Positions 19,821 to 30,284 of a stretch of 64,000 bases of DNA are shown one piece after another. The notes beneath the pieces are model-generated. The model made no database searches. It saw only the letters and a list, made by a program, of their open reading frames with translations, and was not told the origin of the DNA. The stretch comes from an uncultured bacterium (GTDB taxonomy: Bacteria; Patescibacteriota; Minisyncoccia; Phycocordibacterales; CAIZLB01). The first letter of the stretch is position 1. Each line of letters starts with the position of its first letter. The position numbers were made by a program, and so were the translations under genes. Where the stretch lies: the NCBI GenBank assembly GCA_903821355.1, contig CAIJKW010000006.1, positions 23,898 to 87,897 on the forward strand. Direction: 5' to 3'.

Positions 19821-19960
19821 GTAATGTGTACTGAGAAAACTACAAACTTTATGACGTGGATAAATTAATTTTTATCTAAACAAGAGACAAGTAAAAACAG
19901 TTGAACTTTTTAGACGTCTTCACTTCTTAATAGCAATTATTAAAATTAAGAAATAAAAAT

Positions 19961-20623
19961 ATGAATAAAATAACAACAACATTAAAATCTTATAGCACCT
20001 ACTTGCCAGTATTAGCTTTTATTGTGACAGCGCTTTTTGTCACATTGATTCCATCAATCACTAACGCTGATACACTTTATCGTCAATTACAAGTAGGATC
20101 ACGTGGTGCGGATGTCTCATCGCTTCAAACTTTCCTAGCACAAGACCCAACACTTTACCCTCAAGGATTAGTTACTGGATACTTTGGATTTTTGACAAAG
20201 TCAGCTGTGTCTAATTTTCAATCTCGTAATGGCATTTCAGCTGTAGGACGAGTTGGACCTCAAACACTCCCTGTTATTAACGCGCAAATGGCATTGGGAA
20301 CAAGTGGTGGCACAGCACCAACAATAGTAAGTGCGGGGGTTAATAATATCAATAGAAACTCTGCGACTGTAAATTGGTATACTAATGAAAATGCAAAAGG
20401 ATTGGTATATTATAGTACAAGTCCTCTTAGCTTAGGTGAACATCTAAACTCTGTTGATGTTTCTGGAAACACAGCAATGACTGATGCAGGTTTCAGAACA
20501 TCTCAAAGTGTTGTTTTGCAAAACCTACAACCAAACACAACTTACTATTACCTAGCTTACGTAACTGGAGCAACTGGTAATGTAAGTATCACATGGCCTG
20601 CAACATTCACTACTTCAAACTAG
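19961..20623 (+). CDS. secreted protein with a peptidoglycan-binding domain (PG_binding_1-like) and a fibronectin type III-like domain
   Basis: Signal peptide. LQVGSRGADVSSLQTFLA…GYFGFLTKSAVSNFQSRNGISAVGRVGPQT matches the PG-binding repeat fold. SATVNWYTNENAKGLVYYST…LQPNTTYYY is FN3-like. Confidence 0.7.
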   Translation: MNKITTTLKSYSTYLPVLAFIVTALFVTLIPSITNADTLYRQLQVGSRGADVSSLQTFLAQDPTLYPQGLVTGYFGFLTKSAVSNFQSRNGISAVGRVGPQTLPVINAQMALGTSGGTAPTIVSAGVNNINRNSATVNWYTNENAKGLVYYSTSPLSLGEHLNSVDVSGNTAMTDAGFRTSQSVVLQNLQPNTTYYYLAYVTGATGNVSITWPATFTTSN

Positions 20624-20876
20624 TCTGAACAAATATTCTTTCTAAGTGTCAGACAAAAAATTTTAGAACCTTAAATCTAAAATTTAAAAAACAAAAAAAC
20701 TATCATTCAAAATTTACAACAAAAACTACCATAAATCGTCTGGTGGTTTTTTTGTTGGTGGAGTTTTACAAGATATTTATTATTTGAAAAACGAAAATCC
20801 CACCACCTAGACGGTGAGAATTCCGTTTTTGGATGTTGGGATTTTGGATGTTGTTGTGATGCTGTTGTATTGATAG

Positions 20877-21416
20877 CTAGTCTTCGGAAGGCCCGCCCAT
20901 CGACATTTTACAGAACATGATTTCAGAATTGGGATTCACTCGATAACCCACCTGAAATTTGTCACACTCTGTCGATACAAGACTGCGAACGATTTCGATG
21001 ATCAACCTCTCCAGCATCATTGATTGTGCATAGGAGTCTTGTCGAACAAGGAAGTCATTTCCCAGAAAATTGTTGAAGTCTTCCATCTTCTTAAAAGAAT
21101 CGCCTGCCACCATTGATGCTAATTCTTCATCAGACACGGTTCCGCCATTTTCGTCCAACTTTTCTATGAGGGTCTGAAGGCGAACTATTTTAAGAATCTG
21201 ATTAGGGGGGATCTTGTCCCTAGAAACTATGACTCTACCCCACCCAACAGGGTGTGCAATCAGCCTGTCATCAGGTATTCCATCAATAGTAGTGGCTTCG
21301 CCAAGGATTTGAGCAATGATCGATATAACGTTTTTCATCTGGATGCGTTTGGTTGGTTGTTTTGTTGTGTTTCTTCTCTCGATTATCATCTTGATGGTTT
21401 CAATATCAAGACCCAT
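20877..21416 (-). CDS. hypothetical protein
   Basis: Start chosen at MGLDIETIK. The ORF-track upstream extension is Pro/Ala/Ser-rich and overlaps the divergent promoter and gene start. Confidence 0.45.
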   Translation of the reverse strand: MGLDIETIKMIIERRNTTKQPTKRIQMKNVISIIAQILGEATTIDGIPDDRLIAHPVGWGRVIVSRDKIPPNQILKIVRLQTLIEKLDENGGTVSDEELASMVAGDSFKKMEDFNNFLGNDFLVRQDSYAQSMMLERLIIEIVRSLVSTECDKFQVGYRVNPNSEIMFCKMSMGGPSED

Positions 21417-21546
21417 TTCTAAATACAGACTATGTCGATTTTGATAAATAGTCAATGTAAGGGAGTTGTGTTGGTTAGTGAAAAAATATGGATGTGTGTA
21501 TGTATGTGTGTTGGAGCAATAACCAAAAAGTGATACTATAGCCCTA

Positions 21547-22815
21547 ATGGAAAAAGATAACTTATGGGACATAATTGTGGTTGGTGGCGGCCCTGCGGGA
21601 ATGATTGCAGCAGGAAGAGCCGCTGAAAAAGGTGCTAAGGTTCTTCTGATTGAAAAAAATGACTCGCTTGGCAGAAAGCTCTTGATCACAGGAGGAGGGA
21701 GATGTAATGTTACAAACTCGGAGTTTGATGTTAGAAAATTTTTGAATAGATTTAAGAACGATGGAAAATTCCTCTTCTCTGCCTTCTCTCAACATAGCGT
21801 TAAAGAATCTCTGGAGTTTTTTAACGAAAGGGGTATGTCTACAAAAGTCGAAAATGAACTGCGCACCTTCCCCACTTCAGACAAGGCGCAATCTGTCTTA
21901 GATGTTTTGGTTGATTACATGAAAGAAAACAATGTTGAAGTTCTATCTAACTGTCCCGTGACAGGAATCGCACAAAAAGATGCACCTGAAGGCAATAAGG
22001 TTGTTGGGGTTACTTTAAAAAACAAGAAAGTGATATATGGAAAAAGTATTATTATTGCAACGGGTGGAGCATCTCGTCCAGATACGGGTTCAACGGGAGA
22101 TGGATTTGCTTGGCTTAAGGAAATTGGCCATACAATAATTCCCCCTACTCCCTCCCTTGTTCCAGTTGCCATCAAAGATAAATGGGTTGAAAATCTTGCA
22201 GGCTTTAGTCTGAACGATATAAAAATTTCTGTATTTCAAAACGGTAAAAAACAAGTATTTAAAAAGGGCAAGGTTCTTTTCACTCACGTTGGTTTAAGCG
22301 GTCCAACTATTTTAAATATGAGTAAGGATATTGGCGATCTTCTAAAGTATGGTGAGGTCACCGTCTCACTTGATCTTTTACCATCGGAAGATTACGGATT
22401 ACTAAATACAAAACTCCAAGAACTTTTTAAAGAACATGATAAGAAAAAATTTAGAAATGCGATTGTTAATATCGTTCCTTCGGGAATTGCCCCCATCATT
22501 GTTGACCTATCATTAATTGATCCAGAAAAGGAATGCAATAGTATTACTAGAGAAGAGAGGGTTAGACTTATAAATCTTCTGAAAAATATTCCAATGCAAG
22601 TAGATAAGCTGCTTGGAGTTGATAAAGCAATCATTACAAGTGGTGGAGTATTACTTGATGAAGTTGATTTTAAGACGATGCAATCGCGCCTCTTCCCTAA
22701 CCTTTACCTAGTTGGCGATATTTTAAATATTGACCGGCCATCTGGGGGTTTTAGCCTCCAAATATGCTGGACAACTGGAATGGTCGCAGGAGAATCAGCC
22801 GCAAAGTTTGCATAA
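21547..22815 (+). CDS. FAD-dependent oxidoreductase of the HI0933/BaiN (YhiN-like) flavoprotein family
   Basis: N-terminal dinucleotide-binding motif IIVVGGGPAGMIAAGRAA. The motif …LITGGGRCNVTN… is typical of HI0933-like proteins. Confidence 0.8.
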   Translation: MEKDNLWDIIVVGGGPAGMIAAGRAAEKGAKVLLIEKNDSLGRKLLITGGGRCNVTNSEFDVRKFLNRFKNDGKFLFSAFSQHSVKESLEFFNERGMSTKVENELRTFPTSDKAQSVLDVLVDYMKENNVEVLSNCPVTGIAQKDAPEGNKVVGVTLKNKKVIYGKSIIIATGGASRPDTGSTGDGFAWLKEIGHTIIPPTPSLVPVAIKDKWVENLAGFSLNDIKISVFQNGKKQVFKKGKVLFTHVGLSGPTILNMSKDIGDLLKYGEVTVSLDLLPSEDYGLLNTKLQELFKEHDKKKFRNAIVNIVPSGIAPIIVDLSLIDPEKECNSITREERVRLINLLKNIPMQVDKLLGVDKAIITSGGVLLDEVDFKTMQSRLFPNLYLVGDILNIDRPSGGFSLQICWTTGMVAGESAAKFA

Positions 22816-22832
22816 TAGTCCAAAGAAACGGT

Positions 22833-23936
22833 TTACAAAATTCGCAAAAATAAATTAATTATTGGGGCTAGTATATAGTCGAACCATTTCATTTTCTGAA
22901 TTGTTGCATCGAACAAAACTGAATCTTTTTTCCAGCTCTCTATAATTTTTGAAATCCTTTGTATCGCATCTTGGTCATTGAAGAAAATTCCAACTTCAGA
23001 ATTTAATTCAAATGAGAGGTAGTCCAAATTATTAGATCCAACAACGGCTTCTTTTGAGTCTATTGTCATTATCTTTGCATGATTCATCTTTGATTCAAGA
23101 TAAATATCTATTCCCAATTTTGACAATTTAGACATATAAAAATAATTTACTCTGTCTATAAAGTAGTAGTCCGTTTTTTCTGGTACCAAAACCTCAACCT
23201 TGACGCCCCTCAGATTTGCTTGGTGCAACAATCCAATAAGCCATCTTTTTGGCATAAAATATGGAGTGACAAGAATTATCTCTTTTCTTGCATCCAGCAA
23301 ATGCTTTGTATAAAGCTTTTTCAGCCTAAATTTGTTTTTTACAGGAGAATGGTCAACAAGCCAGTCGCGCATTTTGTCACGAATCTTTTCCTTCATCACA
23401 TATTGCCCATTTGCCCTTAGAATTATTTTATTACGAGAGATGACCATACGATCAAGTATTTTTTGATCCAACCCTCCACACTCATGATAAACCTTTGCAA
23501 AAGATTTTGTTATTGAAGAAATTAGCTTTCCTCCTTTTATTTGTACAACCAAGTCATTCCAAAGTGATGCGCTCTGTTGAAAATTTACTCCACCAATGTA
23601 AGCAATTTTTTCATCCACTATTAAGATTTTACGATGAGTTCTATGTAAAAAATAACTTAAAAAGAACAGCTCTATACCAGCCTCTCTAATTTCAATAACT
23701 GCCTTTTTACTTAAACTTGAACTGCCAAAAGAATCTAAAATTATTTTGACCCTAATCCCCTCTTTGGCCTTTTCTTTTAGTAATTTCAAAAAATCAAAAT
23801 CCACCATGTCCTCCTGAAAAATGTACATCTCAAGATATATAGATTCTTTGGCAACCAAAATAGCATTGAACATTGCCTGCCAAGACTTTTGCGAACTAGC
23901 AAAAAATTTGTAACGCATACGGATATTATAGCACAA
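22833..23936 (-). CDS. phospholipase D family protein / cardiolipin synthase-like
   Basis: Two HKD motifs (HRKILIVDEKIAYIGGVN and HAKIMTIDSKEAVVGSNN). Confidence 0.8.
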   Translation of the reverse strand: MCYNIRMRYKFFASSQKSWQAMFNAILVAKESIYLEMYIFQEDMVDFDFLKLLKEKAKEGIRVKIILDSFGSSSLSKKAVIEIREAGIELFFLSYFLHRTHRKILIVDEKIAYIGGVNFQQSASLWNDLVVQIKGGKLISSITKSFAKVYHECGGLDQKILDRMVISRNKIILRANGQYVMKEKIRDKMRDWLVDHSPVKNKFRLKKLYTKHLLDARKEIILVTPYFMPKRWLIGLLHQANLRGVKVEVLVPEKTDYYFIDRVNYFYMSKLSKLGIDIYLESKMNHAKIMTIDSKEAVVGSNNLDYLSFELNSEVGIFFNDQDAIQRISKIIESWKKDSVLFDATIQKMKWFDYILAPIINLFLRIL

Positions 23937-24013
23937 AAGTACCTAAAAATAAGGCCTATTCCTCTGATCAGGAAAGTCTGATAAGATGTAAAAGTAGTAA
24001 AACATATCCTTTA

Positions 24014-25207
24014 ATGAATCCTCTAAATACAATTAGCGCCAAAAATAAAAAATCAGTATATTTTGAAAATCTTGATGGTCTAAGATTTTTTGCCTTTTTG
24101 GCTGTGTTTATTTCTCACGCCACTCTATTTCTTGGATATAGCAATCTGTCCCCTACTTTTTATTGGATCAAAAAAAATATCTTAGTTAATGGCGATGTTG
24201 GTGTGTCGTTCTTTTTTGTTCTATCCGGCTTCTTAATCACTTATTTACTTTTAAAGGAAAAGGATGACTGTGATAAAATTTCTTTGAAGAACTTTTATAT
24301 TAGAAGGATTTTAAGAATTTGGCCGGTCTATTTTACAACCATCATAGTTGGTTTTTTTATTTTACCGATGATTGCAAAATTGTTTGTCGGCAATGGCCCC
24401 TTTGTCTTCCTGCTAAATCCCTCCTTTACTCTATTGCCACAATACATGCTTTTCTTAGCAAACTTCAATCTAGCTTTTACCGGTGGATCAAGCGTTCCAA
24501 CAGACGTCCTGTGGTCAATATCTGTAGAGGAACAATTTTATTTAGTTTGGCCTTGGCTTATCGCCTTTCTTCCTCGCAAGCACTTACTGAAGGCGCTTGG
24601 CGCAATTATTTTAGGCTCATGTATTTATAGATATTTTTATGCCCTCTCACCAAACGTAATCGCCTACTCAACTTTTTCAGTTATGTCAGATCTAGCAATC
24701 GGCTCTGTTTTGGCCTACCTCGTCTATACAAAGAATAATATTATAGACAAATTGCGCAACACTCCACGCCTTATAATTTTTAGCGCTTACACTTTTTTGT
24801 TTTTGATTATTTTTGGTAGACATTACGCTACAGATGCATTAATTGGAAATAATATTTTTTATGCTCTGTTTATCTCTATTTTTCCGTTGATTCTTGCTCT
24901 AATCTATTCTTTTGTGATACTCGATCAAAATGAAATGTCTCGATCGATATTTAAAATTGGCAAATCTAAAACCCTATCTTTCTTTGGCAAAATCTCTTAC
25001 GGACTTTATTCGTATCATATTTTTGCCTTTGCAATTATTTTGCTAATTGCGCTTAGTCTTGGCTTTAATCTAAGATATGCATCACTCTTGCAGTGGATTA
25101 TCATTGCCTTTACGTCTCTAATTACAGTTTTTTTCTTATCGATAATCTCGTACTACGGAATGGAAAAACCTTTCTTAAACAAAAAGCCAAAGACAGATGA
25201 CAATTAA
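24014..25207 (+). CDS. acyltransferase family 3 membrane protein (OafA/YrhL-like O-acyltransferase)
   Basis: LDGLRFFAFLAVFISH… N-terminal motif and about 10 TM helices. Confidence 0.8.
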   Translation: MNPLNTISAKNKKSVYFENLDGLRFFAFLAVFISHATLFLGYSNLSPTFYWIKKNILVNGDVGVSFFFVLSGFLITYLLLKEKDDCDKISLKNFYIRRILRIWPVYFTTIIVGFFILPMIAKLFVGNGPFVFLLNPSFTLLPQYMLFLANFNLAFTGGSSVPTDVLWSISVEEQFYLVWPWLIAFLPRKHLLKALGAIILGSCIYRYFYALSPNVIAYSTFSVMSDLAIGSVLAYLVYTKNNIIDKLRNTPRLIIFSAYTFLFLIIFGRHYATDALIGNNIFYALFISIFPLILALIYSFVILDQNEMSRSIFKIGKSKTLSFFGKISYGLYSYHIFAFAIILLIALSLGFNLRYASLLQWIIIAFTSLITVFFLSIISYYGMEKPFLNKKPKTDDN

Positions 25208-25260
25208 TTATGATATAATCGAAGTAGCAAATTGGCAGTATAATTGTCAATAAAACTAAA

Positions 25261-25944
25261 ATGAAAATTTCCATTGTTATACCAGCACATAACGAAGAAT
25301 CATGCATAGCAGAAACAATTAAGGCGGCACTATCTCAAGATTATCCTAATTTTGAAGTTATTGTGGTTGATAACAATTGTACAGATAGAACTGCAGAGAT
25401 AGCAAAAAAAATGGGTGTTAAAGTGGTTTCAGAGAAAAATAAAGGGACTCAATGGGCCAGAGAGCGAGGAAGAAAAGAAGCAACGGGAGATATTATTGCG
25501 AGCCTTGATGCAGACTGCTTGCCAAATCCTGATTGGCTAAAAAAAGCTGTAAAATATTTTTCCTCTCCAGAAATAGTTTCTGTTGGTGGTCCTTACGATT
25601 ATTATGATGCTAAACCTGCGTTTAGAAAGTTCTCTCTACTTTTCCAAAAATATATATATTCACTTTTTAATACAATGATGCAATTCTTGCATAAGGGCGC
25701 AACATCCATTGGAGGCAATTCTTTTTTTAGAGCAAGTACTCTTGAAAAAATTGGTGGTTACGATACAAAGTTTGTATTTTATGGCGATGATACTGATACA
25801 GCAAAAAGAATCTCTAAAGAAGGCAAGGTGATATTTGACACAAAGCTTATCGTAAAAACTTCCGCACGCAGACTTAAATCAGAGGGTTCTTTAAAGATAT
25901 CGATAATTTATATTTACCATTTCTTTAAGACTATTTTTAGTTAG
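25261..25944 (+). CDS. glycosyltransferase family 2
   Basis: KISIVIPAHNEE…VIVVDNNCTD…LDAD motifs typical of the GT-A/GT2 fold. Confidence 0.8.
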   Translation: MKISIVIPAHNEESCIAETIKAALSQDYPNFEVIVVDNNCTDRTAEIAKKMGVKVVSEKNKGTQWARERGRKEATGDIIASLDADCLPNPDWLKKAVKYFSSPEIVSVGGPYDYYDAKPAFRKFSLLFQKYIYSLFNTMMQFLHKGATSIGGNSFFRASTLEKIGGYDTKFVFYGDDTDTAKRISKEGKVIFDTKLIVKTSARRLKSEGSLKISIIYIYHFFKTIFS

Positions 25945-26083
25945 CCCGCTCCCGCAACAACAATTGTGGTGTAGCCAATAAATCAAAAAGACCCGCCGCT
26001 GGTACGGTGGGTCTGTGTTGTTGTTTGACCATATTAATCCAGTGGTCGTTGTTTAGGTTGCTGTCTAAGCTAGGTGACTCCTA

Positions 26084-26941
26084 CTAAGACTGCGGAACAA
26101 CCCGCCATTTGTCAGTAAACCGGTCACGTTCGTAGATCCTGATGTAAGAGTTCGTCTTTTCAGACCGAATGCTTTGGCGAAGGTAAAGTTGCGCCAAGCT
26201 AAGCTCTGGAAAAACTTCCTCATCAAGGTCCATGCCGAGAAAGCGGTAAAGATCGGGACCAACCTTGAAGTTGGTTTTTTCGATCAATATCTGCTTGGTC
26301 AGCTCGAACAGTGCTTTGGTGTTTGGATCCATCGCCGTCGCCTGGAACTTCAAAAAGAACTTCTCGATTTCCAATTTTGCCAAGTTTGCCAAGTCACCTT
26401 GGACAATAGTCATTGTGTTGACCATGGCGACGACACGACGTAAACCGTTTGAGCTAGTGAAGCTAACCTGCGAGCAAAGTTTGTCATCGGTGATTAGCCG
26501 AGGAAAAACATGTCGCTTCAGACATTCCCCCAAATCTGCGGCGGCCCGAACTACGGTACCATTGAGGGCAAAGACTTGTGTGACAATTTCATCAATTGCC
26601 CCCACTTCGCCATTTTCTTGTTCGGTCAGACGCGCAAGTTCCAGTCCAAGTTGAATAAGAGTTTCCTCGATACTTCTAATCTTGGATCGGAAAATGTCCC
26701 GATTCTTAGTCAATTCCCTACTTCTTTGTGGCCAACTTAAGATCTTTTCTTTCAAAGCTTTTTCTTTCGCGGTGTTATGGATCTTAATTTTCGCAAGATC
26801 CTCCGCGGCGGACAAATGTTTGCCATACTCCAAGGTCCACTTTTTTCTTGATCTTTCTTCTTTGCCGGCGGCCTTTTCGCGTTCTCTTTTGTTTTTTGCG
26901 ATTAAGCGACCCAACTCTGCAATCTTTGTTTTGAATTTCAT
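26084..26941 (-). CDS. hypothetical protein with N-terminal coiled coil, in a GC-rich island
   Basis: 285-aa ORF in a segment of about 50% GC (26.0-27.8 kb). No family recognised. Confidence 0.45.
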   Translation of the reverse strand: MKFKTKIAELGRLIAKNKREREKAAGKEERSRKKWTLEYGKHLSAAEDLAKIKIHNTAKEKALKEKILSWPQRSRELTKNRDIFRSKIRSIEETLIQLGLELARLTEQENGEVGAIDEIVTQVFALNGTVVRAAADLGECLKRHVFPRLITDDKLCSQVSFTSSNGLRRVVAMVNTMTIVQGDLANLAKLEIEKFFLKFQATAMDPNTKALFELTKQILIEKTNFKVGPDLYRFLGMDLDEEVFPELSLAQLYLRQSIRSEKTNSYIRIYERDRFTDKWRVVPQS

Positions 26942-27151
26942 CTCTGACGGTTCTTCCTATGGTTTCTGTTGTTTGTGATAGGTTACGATGTGGCAAAAAT
27001 GCCAATCCACTCATATTATAATACATAAATAAGCCTTGGGCAATGTGATCTAGACCCGAGGAATTTAAAAACCGCCAAGCACCCGCTCGCGGTTTCTGTT
27101 CTCGTTTGTTCAGTTGAGAAAGACTGTTAGACTTTGCCAGGGCTTGTGTTG

Positions 27152-27811
27152 TTAACCCTCGATGACTGCCCCCTTTACAGGTGAACCCTTGACTCCATCC
27201 CAAGTAATCTGCCCAGTCAAAACCATGTTGGTGATCTTGGCCTGCCAGAGATGCTCCACAGCATTTACTCGAGCCGCTAGGGATCCGACGGTGTCGTCAG
27301 GTTTGATTTCAACCTTCGTACGAAAAATTATCGTGGAAGGATCATCGTAGATGTCAGTCGCATAATGCATAGTTACACCATGATGTTGAACTAAGCCGGC
27401 TTTGTAATCAGCCAGCACAGCCTCATGAACATGGTGACCGTAGAAACCCTTTCCATGGTACTTTGAAGGCATGTAGGCCGGGTGAATGTTGATTGTCTTG
27501 CTTGGATCGTGTCCTTCAATATGGCCTAGCCATCCTGAAAGAGCGACGTAGTCGGCTTGAGTTTCCTCTATGATGCGTTTGTAGTCCTCCGCCGTTCTTC
27601 CTTTTGGGGAATAAATGAAGCGAATTCCAAGGCGATCTGCACGTTTTCTGACACCACCAAACTCATGATTGGAAACAACAGCGACCGGATTTGCATGGAG
27701 CGTACCGTCATTGATTGCCTCAACAAGCTTCTCAAGACCAGATCCTCCACCCTCTCTGTCACCAGAGGCAAAAATGAGAAGGTTTGGTTTGTTGGAATAA
27801 TTTTTTTTCAT
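27152..27811 (-). CDS. formyltransferase of the PurN (phosphoribosylglycinamide formyltransferase) family
   Basis: LLIFASG…GSGLE N-terminal motif, …ALSGWL… and INIHPAYMP (compare NIHPSLLP). An Asp is conserved in ATDIYDDPS. GC-rich. Confidence 0.7.
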   Translation of the reverse strand: MKKNYSNKPNLLIFASGDREGGGSGLEKLVEAINDGTLHANPVAVVSNHEFGGVRKRADRLGIRFIYSPKGRTAEDYKRIIEETQADYVALSGWLGHIEGHDPSKTINIHPAYMPSKYHGKGFYGHHVHEAVLADYKAGLVQHHGVTMHYATDIYDDPSTIIFRTKVEIKPDDTVGSLAARVNAVEHLWQAKITNMVLTGQITWDGVKGSPVKGAVIEG

Positions 27812-27968
27812 TTTCTTGCTTTTTTTGGTTGACGTTTGTGTTCAGTGAATTTTCTGGGGTTGCTGTTCTTGATGAAGATATTTCCTCGTCTCCTTAAAAT
27901 ATATCATTAAGCTCTGGAATGTCTAGTGCGTGCGATTTCATTTAGTCTTATTTCACTTTATCTAAAAA

Positions 27969-28724
27969 TCAGAGTAAACCTAAGGCCGTTTCTATTGCCT
28001 TCATATGGGCCTTTACCCTATCTTCAAGCATATAATCAGAAGATGTTTCAAGTGTAAAATTCATAGATTTCTTCTTGATATGCAAATAAAATGCTTCTGG
28101 CCAAAAAGGCAACTTGTGCTTATATGAAGCAGAAACAACCCCCTTTTTGACAAGACGTTCATCAGCTGAGTTTTGTTCAATCGGAAAAACTTTTTCTACC
28201 TCCTTAATTATTTTTCTAGCAATTATTTTATTTGATCCGTATATGTAAAATCCTTCAGCTTCCCAATCTTCATGGACACAAATACTCATATCAAAATCAA
28301 CTTGTTTTTCCAGCCAATTAGTGTGAGCCTTAACTTCCTTGGATGTTGGATTTAAATAATCACGATTTAAATCAACCCCATCTTCATTCTCTCTCGTATG
28401 TAATTTACACCCAGTAGGATTAAGGCACGGTAGTAAATAAATATTTACATCACTTGGCCATTGATTTTTTTCTAATAATTTATTTATCGAAACTGGTCCC
28501 GCGGGCTCATCGCCATGAATCCCCGATGAAATATAAACATTTTTTGCAGCTCCAGATACAATGTGTTTTAGAACAATGATTTCAAAACCTTTATTTATAG
28601 CTATCTTTTCTACCTTCCAACCGTGTTTTTTGGCATTTTTTAAGCAAGAGGAAAGAACATCGTCAATATCAATCCTTTCTCCAAAGTATGAGCCTTTATT
28701 TAATTTAAGATGTTCTATATTCAT
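27969..28724 (-). CDS. zinc carboxypeptidase-like protein (M14 / succinylglutamate desuccinylase-aspartoacylase superfamily; MpaA-like)
   Basis: Motifs SGIHGDEPAG, NPTG, DLNRDY and HEDWE. Confidence 0.6.
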   Translation of the reverse strand: MNIEHLKLNKGSYFGERIDIDDVLSSCLKNAKKHGWKVEKIAINKGFEIIVLKHIVSGAAKNVYISSGIHGDEPAGPVSINKLLEKNQWPSDVNIYLLPCLNPTGCKLHTRENEDGVDLNRDYLNPTSKEVKAHTNWLEKQVDFDMSICVHEDWEAEGFYIYGSNKIIARKIIKEVEKVFPIEQNSADERLVKKGVVSASYKHKLPFWPEAFYLHIKKKSMNFTLETSSDYMLEDRVKAHMKAIETALGLL

Positions 28725-28750
28725 AAAGTTGTAAATTAATTTGTTAAAAT

Positions 28751-30109
28751 TTATGTTTTCGACATAACATCAAGACCCAATTGCCTTCTAGCATAAATAA
28801 ATGTAACTATCGCAGCAGACCATGTTATACAAAGTACACCCCACCAAACACCATTTATATCAAAATGAAATATGTGAATTAAAGAATAGAATACAATTAC
28901 TGGCGCAATAATTTGACGATATAAACCAATCCAAACCGCATACATAGGACGTTTGATTCCTTGAAGTGCAGATACAGAAATGAAGAGAATCGCATATGCG
29001 ATAAAAATAAAACAAGCAAAAACTAGGTAGTTACTTCCAATTGATTGGACATTTGGGTTGTTGGTAAAGACGGACATTAAAAAACCTCGTAAGAAAAACA
29101 TCAGGACAGCCCCTATCGCCATAATGATTACACCATATTTAATACATAGTTTGTAAGCCTCTTTAATTCGTTCATATTTTTTTGATCCGTTATTTTGCCC
29201 AATTATGCTTAATGCCGCAACTGTAATACCAATTGTGGGCAATAATGTGATTTGTTCAATACGAGTGGCAATTCCATATGCCGCAACAGCAGTTTCTCCA
29301 AAGTTACTTATGAAGTAGGTGATGATAAAAATTCCGACACCTATTGTTGCCAAATTAAGACTTGCTGGTAAGGCCTGAGAAGTTATTTCTTTTATAGCAG
29401 ACCATTCAAGTCTCATGTATTTAAAAGTCTCTTTTGTAATTAGTTTTACTTTTATGGCTTGATAGAAAATATAAATACATCCAATCATCTCCACAGTAAC
29501 TGTTGCAATAGCAATTCCTGGAAATCCCAGTGCAGGCAGTCCCAGTCCCCCATACAAAAACCATGGATCCAAAATACAATTTAAAATAAAACCGCCAATT
29601 AGAAAATTCCTATAAGTTTTTGTGTTTCCATTTGCTTGCAAAATTGAATTAGCAACGCTTATCATTATAAAAAATATAGCTCCGTAGAAAATATAGTTCA
29701 TGTAAGAAAGGGCGATAGAGAGGTACTCCCCTTCTGCACCAAGCAACCTAAAAATACTTGGCGATACCAATAAACCAAAAATCGTAAGAATTACTGAAAC
29801 AATAATTCCAAAAGATATAGATTGCCCAATATACTTTTTTGTTTTAAATTGATCCCCTTCGCCAATAATGTTTGCTAATAAGGCTGTAATTCCAGTCGAT
29901 ATTCCAGAATCGAAAATAATAATCAGGAAAAATACCGGAAAAGAAAGTGACAGCGCGGCCAAAGCGGTTGTTGAAATTTGTCCACCAAAATATGTATCTA
30001 CGACGTTATACATCGTATTGAAAAAGAACCCTATAACTACAGGCGTAGCTATTTTCTTAATCAAGTCTTTTATGGGATCTTCAATTAAATTTAAATCATT
30101 TTTACTCAT
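28751..30109 (-). CDS. MATE family efflux transporter
   Basis: 12 TM helices. The start was moved to MSKNDLNL… (30109); this gives the usual MATE N-terminus. Confidence 0.8.
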   Translation of the reverse strand: MSKNDLNLIEDPIKDLIKKIATPVVIGFFFNTMYNVVDTYFGGQISTTALAALSLSFPVFFLIIIFDSGISTGITALLANIIGEGDQFKTKKYIGQSISFGIIVSVILTIFGLLVSPSIFRLLGAEGEYLSIALSYMNYIFYGAIFFIMISVANSILQANGNTKTYRNFLIGGFILNCILDPWFLYGGLGLPALGFPGIAIATVTVEMIGCIYIFYQAIKVKLITKETFKYMRLEWSAIKEITSQALPASLNLATIGVGIFIITYFISNFGETAVAAYGIATRIEQITLLPTIGITVAALSIIGQNNGSKKYERIKEAYKLCIKYGVIIMAIGAVLMFFLRGFLMSVFTNNPNVQSIGSNYLVFACFIFIAYAILFISVSALQGIKRPMYAVWIGLYRQIIAPVIVFYSLIHIFHFDINGVWWGVLCITWSAAIVTFIYARRQLGLDVMSKT

Positions 30110-30284
30110 AATATTATATTTAATTAAGCGTGGTTTATAATTTAAGCGTACTTCATGATTAGACAGACCCACTCAAAAATGCCAAAATATCCAGTAAATA
30201 CCAGACATATTTTGAATCTTTTTTCATAGTGTTTAAGTTAAGTTAATAAAATTCAGATAGAAAGTGATTATCTTAAATCACGAA

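Noticed and set aside
21478-21506. Short GT/AT microsatellite-like run (tgtgtgtatgtatgtgtgt) in the divergent promoter region at 21.5 kb.
   Set aside because: It is too short and imperfect to call a functional repeat, and is probably just AT/GT-rich promoter sequence.
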